Origin: an uncultured Lachnospiraceae bacterium
GTDB taxonomy: Bacteria > Bacillota > Clostridia > Lachnospirales > Lachnospiraceae
DNA: 61,674 nucleotides
Assembly: GCA_964648695.1 (NCBI GenBank)
Contig: CAZYLH010000002.1
Location: forward strand, 1 to 61,674
Direction of reading: 5' to 3'
The notes beneath the pieces were generated by a model, which was not told the DNA's origin, ran no database searches, and saw only the letters and a list, made by a program, of their open reading frames with translations. Below, in pieces: positions 17,063 through 27,396 of this stretch. Numbering within the stretch: the first letter of the stretch is position 1; each line of letters starts with the position of its first letter. The position numbers and the translations under genes are program-made.

Positions 17063-18496
17063 CTACTTATACCACTCATCCGTGTCGATGCGGTGTTTGC
17101 GCCTTTTTCTTCGCTTCTTTTCCGACATGGTTACATAGGCAAAGCCTGTTGCAAGCAAAATCATCAGCACAACGCACACAATCAAAATCACACGGATAAT
17201 GCTTCCCTTACTGCCATCGGACAGATTGTCGCTCTGATCATCCACATCCACACCGGGGATTCGCGTATACTCCTCCTCCGTTGTCGCTGTAGCCACCGCG
17301 TCATCATCCGCTTCCTCGGCAACACTTGCGAGGAGCTGCTCTATGTCTACGGATTCTCTGGTGGTTTCCTGCTGGCTCTGGGATGGATCATATTCATCCT
17401 CAGGCTCTTGTGTAGTGAGATAGTCGCTGTGCACATAATAGTAGGAGCTCATATACTCGATCATACTCCACTCGCCCCAAGTGGCAACCCGTGTAACGGC
17501 CTGTCCGTACTGCAGTGAGCCAAGGACGCTTGTCCCAACAGAGCTTGGATATGAGCGCACCTTTAAGGAGTTTGTTTTATAGACGTAAACTGTCTCCTCA
17601 TTCTCCTCCCAGGTCATGTCCGTATACTCACCGTCAAAATATCCCCTGGCGTATTCTAAAAGCTTTAAGGTGTCGTTGTAAAACTCATCATCCGTGGATC
17701 CCATGATAACGATCACCACATCGTGTCCGTTAAACTGCGCCGCAGTACAAAGAGTTCTTCCCGCCTCTGTGGTGCGGCCTGTTTTTCCCGCATACACCTC
17801 CGGATAGATGATGGTGCCATTCACAATAGAATGGCTGGAAGAGATCTCCCTGCTTGCAGAGTAATTTGTGGCACTTATCTCATATTCGTAGGTGGTCGCC
17901 ATCTGAAGAAAGGCCTGATTTTTTATCGCCTCACCAAAGATAAGCGCCATGTCTCTGGCTGTGGTGTAGTGATCCTCACTGTGGAGACCGTGAGCGTTGA
18001 CAAAGTTGGTATTCACACAGCCAATCTCCTGTGCGCGCTCATTCATAAGCTCTGCAAACGCCTCTGTGCTTCCCGCAACCGTGATTCCAAGCTGTGCGGC
18101 GCACTCATTTGCGGAGACTAAAAACATACCGTACAAAGCGTCCTCCACAGTCATCACCTCGCCGACTGACGCCGAAGGCTCAAGAGTGGAGCTGTCGCTT
18201 GTCATCTCGCTAAGAGCCGCCTCTGTAAAGGTGATCTCCTCATCCAAATCCTCTATAAGCTCGCAAACCAAAAGCGCTGTCATAATTTTTGTTATGCTGG
18301 CAGGGTAATATACCGTATCCTCATTCTTTCCCAAAATCACGGTGCCATCAGTAACATCATAGATAACAAATCCCTCAGCCGCGGTCTCCACGGTGGTCGG
18401 GTATGGTAAATCATCTGCAAGAGCTGTTAAGGGCATAGTGCAGATCATTAACACTGTCAAAACCAGGCAGGATATATGTCTGATTGTTTTTTTCAT
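17063..18496 (-). CDS. D-alanyl-D-alanine carboxypeptidase (S11) with SH3b-like domain and C-terminal membrane anchor
   Basis: Signal peptide, SITK (SxxK), VSANE (SxN), AGKTGRT (KTG), SH3-like LKVRSYPS...WSMIEY, acidic linker, TM helix, basic tail KKRRKRRKHR. Confidence 0.88.
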   Translation of the reverse strand: MKKTIRHISCLVLTVLMICTMPLTALADDLPYPTTVETAAEGFVIYDVTDGTVILGKNEDTVYYPASITKIMTALLVCELIEDLDEEITFTEAALSEMTSDSSTLEPSASVGEVMTVEDALYGMFLVSANECAAQLGITVAGSTEAFAELMNERAQEIGCVNTNFVNAHGLHSEDHYTTARDMALIFGEAIKNQAFLQMATTYEYEISATNYSASREISSSHSIVNGTIIYPEVYAGKTGRTTEAGRTLCTAAQFNGHDVVIVIMGSTDDEFYNDTLKLLEYARGYFDGEYTDMTWEENEETVYVYKTNSLKVRSYPSSVGTSVLGSLQYGQAVTRVATWGEWSMIEYMSSYYYVHSDYLTTQEPEDEYDPSQSQQETTRESVDIEQLLASVAEEADDDAVATATTEEEYTRIPGVDVDDQSDNLSDGSKGSIIRVILIVCVVLMILLATGFAYVTMSEKKRRKRRKHRIDTDEWYK

Positions 18497-18610
18497 CTTA
18501 AATAGTGCTCCTTACTGTTTTGCACGTCCAAGCCGTGCTCACTTTCGCATGACTTTTTGACATCCGTCTCATTATATGACATTTCTTTTTAATAGGCAAC
18601 CCGTTTTCGC

Positions 18611-18653
18611 CCAAAAAATAATGTTGGAGTCAAAAGCCCCCCAACATTATTTT
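18611..18653 (-). terminator. rho-independent terminator after the APH-like gene
   Basis: AAAATAATGTTGG (18615-18627) pairs with CCAACATTATTTT (18641-18653). Minus-strand TTTTTTGGG follows. Confidence 0.75.
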
Positions 18654-18657
18654 ACAG

Positions 18658-19611
18658 TCACAGATTCAGATGCATGGTCGCGTCCGCATACTGCTTCCAC
18701 ATGTTTTTAAAAAAGAATTCATCCTGATATTCCCTACAATAATACTCCACGATCCAAGTAAGACAGAGGTATAGATCATACCAGTAAACCCTCCTCTGCT
18801 CCGTGGGGGAAAATGGAACCATTCCGTACCCCCTGTAGAACGCCTCGTTGTGGTTATGCGTCCTAAATCCGGACTCCATCAGAGGATCCGCCCAGAGACA
18901 TCTCTCCCAGTCAATGATCCCCTGTATCTCGCCATCCTTAATAAAGATGTTCCCATCCCAAAGGTCCCAGTGCACAAGGCAGGGAGTCTTAACCTCGTCA
19001 AAACAGCTCCTGTCCTTTTCCAAGTGCTTTACAAAGGTACTCTGGTCATAGTGCAGGTCGATATTATAGTGCCGACAGTCCCCCAATATATCATTAAGCA
19101 TCGCATAAAAAGCCTCATACCAGCTGGAGCGCTGGCGGGTTTTTCTCCCAAAATACCCAAATTTGGTACCGTGGACACTGTTTATTAGCCGGTTTACTTT
19201 TCCTAACTCCTCGTCGATGGTTTTTTGCGTCTCCTTTGTAAGAGACTTTCTCACCTTATGAAGGCTGTCTCCGTCTAGGTATTCCATAAAGAAATACTCG
19301 GAGTCAAGGATCGTTTTGGCCGCGTCATAATAATACATGGCAGGAACCGCTACGCTGGTGAAGTTTTTCATCTTCTGGAGCATTGTCACCTCGGTGTACA
19401 TGATGTTCTTCTCATAACTCATGACACGGACATTGTCCTTAGGCGCCACCTTTAAAACCACATCCTTACCTGACTCAAGCCGAATGTGATAGGTGGCGTT
19501 AAAATACCCCTCGTGCATCTCCTCCACCGTCTGCGGCTTACAAAAGAAAGTCTTTTGCACCATCAGATGGATCTTGTCATAGGGAACCTCTTGTTTTGTC
19601 AAGCTCTGCAT
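18658..19611 (-). CDS. aminoglycoside phosphotransferase (APH)/choline-kinase-fold small-molecule kinase, substrate unknown
   Basis: LVHWDLWDGNIF catalytic loop (H-x-D-x4-N) and IIDWERCLWADP (metal-binding Asp). Confidence 0.75.
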   Translation of the reverse strand: MQSLTKQEVPYDKIHLMVQKTFFCKPQTVEEMHEGYFNATYHIRLESGKDVVLKVAPKDNVRVMSYEKNIMYTEVTMLQKMKNFTSVAVPAMYYYDAAKTILDSEYFFMEYLDGDSLHKVRKSLTKETQKTIDEELGKVNRLINSVHGTKFGYFGRKTRQRSSWYEAFYAMLNDILGDCRHYNIDLHYDQSTFVKHLEKDRSCFDEVKTPCLVHWDLWDGNIFIKDGEIQGIIDWERCLWADPLMESGFRTHNHNEAFYRGYGMVPFSPTEQRRVYWYDLYLCLTWIVEYYCREYQDEFFFKNMWKQYADATMHLNL

Positions 19612-19632
19612 GAGATAACCCCCTAAGACGTC

Positions 19633-21621
19633 TTAAAACAGCCCCTTCATGGCGGTGGCAACATTTTTTGCCGTAATGCCAAATTTTTCAAAAAGTACGC
19701 TCGCCGGAGCGGATGCGCCAAAGCTATGCATCGTCACGTACGCACCGTCAAGACCTATGTATTTGCCCCATCCAAAATCAGATAAGGCCTCGGCAGCCAC
19801 TCTCCTTCTGACTGACCCCGGAAGCACCGACTCCTTGTACTCATCGCTCTGTGCATCAAACACATCCGTGCACGGCATGGAAACAACTGACACATCAATC
19901 CCTTCCGTTAAAAGCGTCTTCTGAGCCTCCACGGAAATTGAAACCTCGGAGCCGCTGGCGATGATGATGCCGTCCGGCGTATCCTTCTTTGAGGGTGAGA
20001 TCACATATCCGCCCTTTAGTGCCTCCTTAGAGGAGCCCTCCATCTGAGGAAGATTTTGGCGTGTCAGCACCAGCGCGGTGGGCGTGGTTCTTGATGTAAC
20101 CGCGTAGTACCATGCAGCGGCAGTCTCCGTGGCATCACACGGGCGGAAAACAGAGAAATTTGGCATTGCCCTTAGCATTGCAAGCTGCTCTATGGGCTCG
20201 TGGGTGGGGCCATCCTCGCCAACGCCAATGCTGTCATGCGTCAACACATAGGTTAAAGGCACGCCCATGATGGATGAGAGCCTCGCCATGGGCTTTACAT
20301 AATCCGAGAACACAAAGAAAGTGGAAACAAATGCCCTAAGCCCTCCGTGAAGCATTATGCCGTTTCCAATAGCCGCCATAGCAAGCTCACGAACACCAAA
20401 GTGGATGTTTCGTCCCGCATAAGTGTCTTTGCTAAAATCACCGCAGTCATTCATATATGTCTTGGTAGAAGGAGCCAGATCCGCAGCGCCTCCAAAGAGG
20501 TTTGGCAGTATCTCCTTTAGCTTTTGCAACTGCTTTCCGGAAAGATTTCTTGTAGCCTCCGGCTTATCATCATAGGCCCAGAAAGCCTCATTATCTATCA
20601 GCTTATCAGCAGCTCCCTCATCGTGGTACTGCTCCCAGAGTTTTTTAAGCTCGGGGTAAGCCGCGCAGTAAGCCGCAAACATACTCTGCCACTCCTGCTC
20701 CTTTTCCTCACCCTTCTTTGCTAATTTGTCGTAATTTTTATAAACCTCATCCGGCACAACAAAGGCTTCCTTTTCCGGCCAGCCTAAGTTTTCCCTAAGA
20801 GCCGCAACGTTATCTGCGCCAAGAGGCTCGCCGTGAGCGCTTGCCTTACCTTGCTTTTCCGGGCAACCGTAGCCGATCTGGGTCTTCACCGTTATAAATG
20901 AGGGGCGTGTGTGATCCGCCTTTGCCGCCTCTATAGCCATCGCGATGGCATCAAGGTCATTTCCGTCCTCCACGGTAAGAGTCTGGAAGCCAAACGCCTG
21001 CATACGCTTTTCTACATTTTCGGTAAATGCGATGTCGGTGCTTCCCTCGATTGAGATTTTGTTAGAATCGTAGAGCACGATAAGCTTAGAAAGCCCCAGC
21101 GTTCCTGCCAGCGAAAATGCCTCTGAAGAAATCCCCTCCATCATGCAGCCGTCGCCGCCAAGCACAAATGTATAGTGATCGACTACCGGGTATCCTTCAC
21201 GGTTAAACACTGCCGCCAGATGAGCCTCCGCCATAGCCATTCCCACAGCCATTCCCATGCCTGCTCCTAAAGGACCCGTGGTTGCCTCCACGCCGACAGT
21301 GTGGCGATACTCCGGATGTCCGGGGGTTAAGGATCCATCCTGTCTAAAGTTCTTTAAATCCTCCACCGTAAGCCCATATCCGAACAGGTGAAGCAGTGAG
21401 TAAAGAAGTGTGGAACCATGACCTCCGGAGAGGATAAAGCGATCCCTGTTCTCCCAGTTTGGATCTTTCGGGTTATGCCTCATGTGATTAGCCCAGAGCT
21501 CATATGCCATCGCCGCACTTCCTAAGGGAAGCCCTGGATGACCGGAATTTGCCTTCTGCACTGCATCCGCTGACAGCACTCGAATGGCGTTTACTGACAG
21601 GGTGTCTATCGTTTTGCTCAT
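19633..21621 (-). CDS. tkt: transketolase
   Basis: [22 protein letters not shown] (ThDP motif), [15 protein letters not shown]. 662 aa. Confidence 0.95.
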   Translation of the reverse strand: MSKTIDTLSVNAIRVLSADAVQKANSGHPGLPLGSAAMAYELWANHMRHNPKDPNWENRDRFILSGGHGSTLLYSLLHLFGYGLTVEDLKNFRQDGSLTPGHPEYRHTVGVEATTGPLGAGMGMAVGMAMAEAHLAAVFNREGYPVVDHYTFVLGGDGCMMEGISSEAFSLAGTLGLSKLIVLYDSNKISIEGSTDIAFTENVEKRMQAFGFQTLTVEDGNDLDAIAMAIEAAKADHTRPSFITVKTQIGYGCPEKQGKASAHGEPLGADNVAALRENLGWPEKEAFVVPDEVYKNYDKLAKKGEEKEQEWQSMFAAYCAAYPELKKLWEQYHDEGAADKLIDNEAFWAYDDKPEATRNLSGKQLQKLKEILPNLFGGAADLAPSTKTYMNDCGDFSKDTYAGRNIHFGVRELAMAAIGNGIMLHGGLRAFVSTFFVFSDYVKPMARLSSIMGVPLTYVLTHDSIGVGEDGPTHEPIEQLAMLRAMPNFSVFRPCDATETAAAWYYAVTSRTTPTALVLTRQNLPQMEGSSKEALKGGYVISPSKKDTPDGIIIASGSEVSISVEAQKTLLTEGIDVSVVSMPCTDVFDAQSDEYKESVLPGSVRRRVAAEALSDFGWGKYIGLDGAYVTMHSFGASAPASVLFEKFGITAKNVATAMKGLF

Positions 21622-21643
21622 AGTCGATCTCCTTTATTTCCTT

Positions 21644-23605
21644 TTATTTATCCTGGCAAGTCTCCACCTGGCGGATCGCCTTGGTGTCAATCTCCTCCCT
21701 GATGGCACTTATAAACTCTGCTAAAGGCTTTGTGCCCTCGTTTCCGGCAAAGCGACTGCTTACAGAAACGCTGCCCTCTGCCTGCTCCTTCTCTCCCACG
21801 ATCAGCCAATAAGGCAGACGGTCATTTCTAGCCTCACGTATCTTATAGCCGATCTTTTCTGAGCGGTTGTCCACCGTGGCGTCAATCTTGTTCTTCTTAA
21901 GCTCTGCGCAAACCTGCTCTGCATACTCCGTAAACTTTTCGGAGATCGGAAGCACCCTTACCTGCTCCGGGCACAGCCATGTGGGGAATTTTCCCGCATA
22001 ATGCTCTATAAGCCATGCCAGAGTTCTCTCATAGCAGCCGATTGATGTCCTGTGAATGATGTAAGGACGCACCTTCTCACCCTTCTGGTCGATGTAGTAC
22101 ATATCAAACTGCTCTGCAAGCAGAGCGTCCCACTGAATGGTGATCATGGTGTCTTCCTTGCCGTATACATTTTTGGCATTGATATCCACCTTTGGACCGT
22201 AAAAGGCTGCCTCGCCCACATCCTCGACAAACGGAATATCAAGCTCCGTCATGACGCGGCGGATATGGCCCTCTGTCTCCTCCCAAACCGCAGCATCCCC
22301 AATATACTTTTCGCGGTTATTGGGATCCCACTTTGAGAGATGATATGTCACCTCATCGTTTAAGCCTAATGTTGTAAGACAGTGCTTTGCAAGCGCAAGG
22401 CAGTTTTTAAACTCCTCCACCATCTGATCCGGACGCACAATCAAATGTCCCTCCGAGATGGTAAACTGGCGCACTCTGGTAAGACCGTGCATCTCACCGG
22501 AATCCTCATTTCTAAAGAGCGTGGAAGTCTCGCCCATGCGGATGGGAAGATCTCTGTAGGAGTGCTGCTCACTCTTATACACATAGTACTGGAACGGGCA
22601 GGTCATTGGACGAAGCGCAAAAACCTCTTTATCCTTTTCCTCATCCCCGAGGACAAACATCCCTTCCTGATAGTGATCCCAGTGACCAGAGATCTTATAC
22701 AGATCTGACTTTGCCATCAAAGGGGTCTTTGTGCGAACATATCCCCACTCATTATCCTCCAGATCCTCGATCCACCTCTGCATCTTCATCACCATCTTTG
22801 TTCCCTTAGGTGTAAGAAGCGGCAGACCCTGTCCGATGACATCCACCGTGGTAAAAAGCTTCATCTCCCGTCCAAGACGGTTGTGATCGCGCAGCTTTGC
22901 ATCCTCAAGCTTTGCCAAATACTCTGCCAGCTCATCCTTAGTGCCAAATGCAGAGCCGTAAATTCTCTGAAGCCTTGCTTTTGAAGAATCTCCTCTCCAG
23001 TATGCCATGGATGAGCTTGTGAGCTTAAACGCCTTAATCCCCTTTGTACTCATCAGATGTGGGCCGGCGCACAGATCGACAAAACCTCCCTGATCATAAA
23101 AGGAAATCTCGGCCGCCTCCGGTAGCTCCTCTATAAGTTCTACCTTAAACGGCTCGTTCTTCTCCTTCATAAGGGCGATGGCCTCATTCCTTGGAAGCGT
23201 AAAGCGGGTGATCTTCTTTCCTTCCTTGATGATCTTTTTCATCTCCGCCTCAATCCTGTCCAAATCCTCTCTGGAGAAGGGGCAAGCCTCAAAGTCATAA
23301 TAAAAGCCCTCGTCGATGGCAGGCCCGATTGTAACCTTCGCATCCGGAAATAAGCGCTTTACTGCCTCCGCCATAACATGGGATGCGGTGTGACGAAGCA
23401 CGCGAAGTCCCTCCGGATCCTTTGCGGTTAAGATATTAAGACTGCAGTCTCTATCTATCACAGTCCGCAAGTCCTTCACTTCACCGTCAACCTCTCCGGC
23501 ACATGCAGCTCTTGCCAGCCCTTCACTGATGTCCGTGGCGATCTCGATAATACTCTTTGCCTCATCATACTCCTTTACGGAGCCGTCTTTTAAAATGATC
23601 TTCAT
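21644..23605 (-). CDS. thrS: threonine--tRNA ligase
   Basis: TGS N-domain, editing-site HTASHVMAEA, class II core FRNEDSGEMHGLTRVRQF, anticodon-binding C-domain. Confidence 0.95.
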   Translation of the reverse strand: MKIILKDGSVKEYDEAKSIIEIATDISEGLARAACAGEVDGEVKDLRTVIDRDCSLNILTAKDPEGLRVLRHTASHVMAEAVKRLFPDAKVTIGPAIDEGFYYDFEACPFSREDLDRIEAEMKKIIKEGKKITRFTLPRNEAIALMKEKNEPFKVELIEELPEAAEISFYDQGGFVDLCAGPHLMSTKGIKAFKLTSSSMAYWRGDSSKARLQRIYGSAFGTKDELAEYLAKLEDAKLRDHNRLGREMKLFTTVDVIGQGLPLLTPKGTKMVMKMQRWIEDLEDNEWGYVRTKTPLMAKSDLYKISGHWDHYQEGMFVLGDEEKDKEVFALRPMTCPFQYYVYKSEQHSYRDLPIRMGETSTLFRNEDSGEMHGLTRVRQFTISEGHLIVRPDQMVEEFKNCLALAKHCLTTLGLNDEVTYHLSKWDPNNREKYIGDAAVWEETEGHIRRVMTELDIPFVEDVGEAAFYGPKVDINAKNVYGKEDTMITIQWDALLAEQFDMYYIDQKGEKVRPYIIHRTSIGCYERTLAWLIEHYAGKFPTWLCPEQVRVLPISEKFTEYAEQVCAELKKNKIDATVDNRSEKIGYKIREARNDRLPYWLIVGEKEQAEGSVSVSSRFAGNEGTKPLAEFISAIREEIDTKAIRQVETCQDK

Positions 23606-23664
23606 GCTTTTCCTTTCTCTTATAAGACTACTGTAAGCTCTATATCAGGCACATAACGCACAAA

Positions 23665-24288
23665 TCAAACCGTAATTTCCTGGCGCGCCTCCTGCTCAAA
23701 CTCCTGAATCTGTTCGGAAGTAGTTTTCGGAAGCGACTCCACACTGTTAAGCCCAAAGCGGCGTAGGAACTCCTCCGTGGTGGCAAATAATATCGGTCTT
23801 CCAGGGGCGTCAAGCCTGCCAACCTCCTCAACCAAACCGTATTCTACCAGCTTGTTTACCGCAAAATCACTTTTTACTCCGCGGATACGCTCTACATCCC
23901 CCTTTGTCACCGGCTGCTTATAGGCGATAATGCTTAAGGTCTCCAGTGCAGTCTGCGTAAGCTGCGGCTTTTTAGGCTGAGCCGCAATGCGGATAAGCTG
24001 GGGATAATATTCCTTTTTTGTGCAAAGCTGTACGTGATCCTCAAAAATCTGTATAAAGATACCCCTTCTCTGCTCCTTATAAGAATCCGAAAGCCACTTG
24101 AGAAGTATCACAATATTTTCTTTGTCCATCCCTAAAGCGGCCGCGATTTTATCTATCTTTACGGACTTACCCATGGCAAATAAAATCGCCTCTATGGCTC
24201 CCATCGCTTCATCATCCGAAAGCTCGGCAAAAAGCTCCTCCTGTTTATAGCCCTCCACCATGATATCCTCTTTCATCTCATCACTCAT
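23665..24288 (-). CDS. scpB: segregation and condensation protein B
   Basis: IEAILFAMGKSV...TQTALETLSIIAYKQPVTKGDVERIRGV...LVEYGLVEEVGR. Overlaps scpA by 8 nt. Confidence 0.92.
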   Translation of the reverse strand: MSDEMKEDIMVEGYKQEELFAELSDDEAMGAIEAILFAMGKSVKIDKIAAALGMDKENIVILLKWLSDSYKEQRRGIFIQIFEDHVQLCTKKEYYPQLIRIAAQPKKPQLTQTALETLSIIAYKQPVTKGDVERIRGVKSDFAVNKLVEYGLVEEVGRLDAPGRPILFATTEEFLRRFGLNSVESLPKTTSEQIQEFEQEARQEITV

Positions 24289-25069
24289 ACTGCTCCAGTT
24301 CCTCCCTGCTGATGGCAGTCTCGGCCCCCTCGTTCCAATCCATAATTATGTCCCCGAAGGTCTCCTCCTGGCTTGCGCTTATCGCTCCGACCTTCATCAG
24401 CTCCAAAATAGCCAAAAAAGTCACCACAAGTCCGTGACGGCTTTCTTCCCTCACGAGGAGCTTTTTAAAGGAAAAGTGCTTCTCCTTTTTTGCATAATCA
24501 CATACATGCGTCAGCTTGTCGGCAAGCTTTACAGGCTCATGCCGTATATTTCCAAAGCGGCTCCTTATTGGATCAAGCTTATCCACCTGTCTGTGCATGA
24601 GCATGGAAAAGATCTGCTGCATTTTTTGTAGCGTCAGATCTGCCAAAAGCTCATCCATATCCACCTCGGGTTCGTATTTTTCCACCTCTTTTGGAAGGGT
24701 GGGATCTTTATAGAAATATTTTTGCGCATCATCCTGACCCGCCACCAAGCCGCTCGCCAGCATCTTGTACGTCTTGTACTCGACAAGCCTTGCCACCAGC
24801 TCCTCTCTTGGGTCAATCTCCTCCCCATTCTCATCCTCTTCTGGCGGAAGGAGCATCTTAGTCTTGATGTCGATGAGCGTCGCCGCCATCACCATAAACT
24901 CGCTGACAAGATTTAAATCCTCTTTGTCCATGTGGCTTACATAGTCAAGATATTGCTCTGTGATCAGCACGATGGGGATATCATAAATGCTGACCTTATT
25001 TTTTTCAATCAGGTGTAAAAGCAGGTCTAAAGGCCCCTCAAACACCTCAAGCTTTACCGATAACTTCAT
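24281..25069 (-). CDS. scpA: segregation and condensation protein A
   Basis: FEGPLDLLLHLIEKNKVSIYDIPI...VVTFLAILELMK. Confidence 0.92.
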   Translation of the reverse strand: MKLSVKLEVFEGPLDLLLHLIEKNKVSIYDIPIVLITEQYLDYVSHMDKEDLNLVSEFMVMAATLIDIKTKMLLPPEEDENGEEIDPREELVARLVEYKTYKMLASGLVAGQDDAQKYFYKDPTLPKEVEKYEPEVDMDELLADLTLQKMQQIFSMLMHRQVDKLDPIRSRFGNIRHEPVKLADKLTHVCDYAKKEKHFSFKKLLVREESRHGLVVTFLAILELMKVGAISASQEETFGDIIMDWNEGAETAISREELEQYE

Positions 25070-25974
25070 AGATCATCATTCCATTCCTCCGGAAAAAGAT
25101 CTATAACAACCAGTTCCGGCTTGTTAAATAAACGAAAATTTATTGAATGGGTGCCAAGTCCGGCGCTGACCGCACACTTCCCCACTCCATTTTTTTCTTC
25201 ATACCATCCCTTTGCATATCTTGGAAAAAGAGATGGCTGCGGGGATATGAGCGGCCCGATAATGGGAAGCACCACCGTGCCCCCGTGAAAATGCCCCGAC
25301 AGCACAAAATCCGCTCCTCCCTGCCAGTAGCTCTCCATATACTGAGGGGTGTGCGCCATCACAATGTTAAAGCGCTCCTTATTTTCGAAGATACCATTTT
25401 TAAGATGCCGCTTTAGATAAGAAGCTCTCATCCTTTTTCTTATAGGAAATCTTTTGTAATACTTTTTAGTTATGCATAAGCCCCAGAGATTAACTCCCTC
25501 TCCTAAGCTTACACCCTTATCCGCAAGGTATTCCACTTTATACTTCTTAAGAAGCTTGCTAAACTCCCACCACCAGCCGGGGTAACGCCCAGCCTCTATC
25601 TTCATTCTCTGCTCATGGTTTCCTTCTGCATAATAAACAGGAAAACGCCCAGAAAGACCTTTTAGTACGCTCTCAAGCGCAAAAAAATCCATCTTTTGAT
25701 ATGGCTTTACCACCATCATATCTCCGCCGATGAGCACCACATCCGGTTTTGCGTCTATGATTCTTTTAAGGAGCTTTTCATTATCTTTTCCAAAGGTATT
25801 CCCATGAAGATCTGTCAAAAAAGCTATTCTAAGGGGCTTTTTTATGCGCGAATCCCTAAGGCTATAGTATTTTACGGTCAAATCTTTTTTTTCATATGCT
25901 GAGCGCATAAGCGCTGCCGCAACTAAAGCTCCCGTTAAGGGCAACAACCATTTATTGATCTTTCTTGCGCTCAA
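25066..25974 (-). CDS. membrane-anchored metallophosphoesterase (YkuE-like)
   Basis: N-terminal TM helix, then LTDLHG, GGDMM, GNHE and SGHFHGG calcineurin-like motifs. 4-nt overlap with scpA. Confidence 0.85.
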   Translation of the reverse strand: MSARKINKWLLPLTGALVAAALMRSAYEKKDLTVKYYSLRDSRIKKPLRIAFLTDLHGNTFGKDNEKLLKRIIDAKPDVVLIGGDMMVVKPYQKMDFFALESVLKGLSGRFPVYYAEGNHEQRMKIEAGRYPGWWWEFSKLLKKYKVEYLADKGVSLGEGVNLWGLCITKKYYKRFPIRKRMRASYLKRHLKNGIFENKERFNIVMAHTPQYMESYWQGGADFVLSGHFHGGTVVLPIIGPLISPQPSLFPRYAKGWYEEKNGVGKCAVSAGLGTHSINFRLFNKPELVVIDLFPEEWNDDL

Positions 25975-26019
25975 CTAAAGCTCCTTTCATAGACTCCTAA
26001 GGCTTTTCATAAGTCGCTG

Positions 26020-27306
26020 TCAAAAACCGTGGGACGGATAAACTCCAAACTCATATCCCGCCTCGCGAACTCCATCGATCAAATCCGCAAGAATATTGGT
26101 GTTAGTAGATGATACTCCGTGCAGCAGGAATATCTCGCCGGGATGGAGGCTGTCTAGACAGTCCTGAAGGGCAGTCTCCTCATCTGGCTGATCATCCACT
26201 ATCCAGTCCCTATGGGCATAACTCCAAAAAACTGCGTGATAGCCCATGGAATTTATAAGCGCTAAGGACTGCTCACTAAAGATACCTGCGGGGTAACGGA
26301 AAAGCGTCATCTCATAGCCAAACTCTTCTAATACATAGTCATGAACCCAGGAGATATCCTCATACTCCTCCTCAAGCCCCAGTGAGGGCATACCAGCTGA
26401 GGGGTGTGAGCTTGAGTGATTTCCCAGCTGATGTCCCTCGTCTATGATTCTCTGCACCAGGTCGGGATTTTCCGTGACAAACTGCTTCGTCACAAAGAAC
26501 ACCGCTTTTACATCCTTCTCTTTTAAGATGTCCAAGATCGTCGGCGTATATCCCGCCTCATAGCCCTCGTCAATGGTAAGGTAAACTAGATTTTCCGTGC
26601 TTGGGCCGATAAAATCAACACCGTAATCTCCGTATAAACTCTCGTAATATAAAACGCCGGTGGGGCGGTTTTGCTCATCAACGCTTGTGCCATAGCCGTA
26701 AGGAATGGTTTCATTTGAGATGGCTGCCAGCTCGTCCATGCTTTTAGATTCTAACTCGCATGCCTCATCCTGGGCATCATCTGATTCTTCTGTGGTTTCC
26801 GCCTCATCAGCTGGCATGGTGATAACCACATCATCCTCCACCACCAAAAGGTAGTCACTTGCCGCATAGCATACAGTGCCATCATAGATAACCTGGCTCC
26901 ACGTACCGTCATCGCTTATGCTTATACGCTCTATTTGCTCCTGTGCGATCAAAAGCCCATAGCTTTCATACTCCGTTCCCGGGCCGCTTCGCAAATTTAT
27001 ATTTACCTTTGCCTCCACAATCTGGTTGACTCTAATGTAGCCGTCAGCGATCGCATAAGTCTGCTCTGTCGCCTCTTCCGTCTCATCTTCCACGGACACG
27101 GTGGCTGTGACCTCCTCAGTTGTTAGGCCCTCAGCTTCCTCCTCATCATCCTCTTCTTCTACATCATTTGCGGAGGTGCTTACCGTTTCTGAAAGCGTGG
27201 GCGCTGTATCCGGCAAAATATGTGAGCATGCCGTTATAAAAAGCGCTGCCAAGAGTATAGCCAAGAACAAATTTATACCCTGACGCTTTTGTCTGTTTGT
27301 AGTCAT
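26020..27306 (-). CDS. polysaccharide deacetylase (CE4) lipoprotein with SH3b-like domain
   Basis: Lipobox FITAC, acidic linker, SH3-like VNINLRSGPGTEY...WSQVIY, CE4 motifs TIDEGYE, LGNHSSSHP, FRYPAG, LLH. Confidence 0.85.
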   Translation of the reverse strand: MTTNRQKRQGINLFLAILLAALFITACSHILPDTAPTLSETVSTSANDVEEEDDEEEAEGLTTEEVTATVSVEDETEEATEQTYAIADGYIRVNQIVEAKVNINLRSGPGTEYESYGLLIAQEQIERISISDDGTWSQVIYDGTVCYAASDYLLVVEDDVVITMPADEAETTEESDDAQDEACELESKSMDELAAISNETIPYGYGTSVDEQNRPTGVLYYESLYGDYGVDFIGPSTENLVYLTIDEGYEAGYTPTILDILKEKDVKAVFFVTKQFVTENPDLVQRIIDEGHQLGNHSSSHPSAGMPSLGLEEEYEDISWVHDYVLEEFGYEMTLFRYPAGIFSEQSLALINSMGYHAVFWSYAHRDWIVDDQPDEETALQDCLDSLHPGEIFLLHGVSSTNTNILADLIDGVREAGYEFGVYPSHGF

Positions 27307-27396
27307 CTTAAAATACTTCCTCTCTCTTAAAAGTCCACTGCATTATACACTACAGGCAAAAAATAGTCAATCAATGCCGGGCTTTATTCACTCTTA

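Noticed and set aside
23606-23664. Search for a T-box leader or attenuator upstream of thrS
   Set aside because: The spacer is only 59 nt and has no specifier-loop, T-box or terminator-antiterminator structure.
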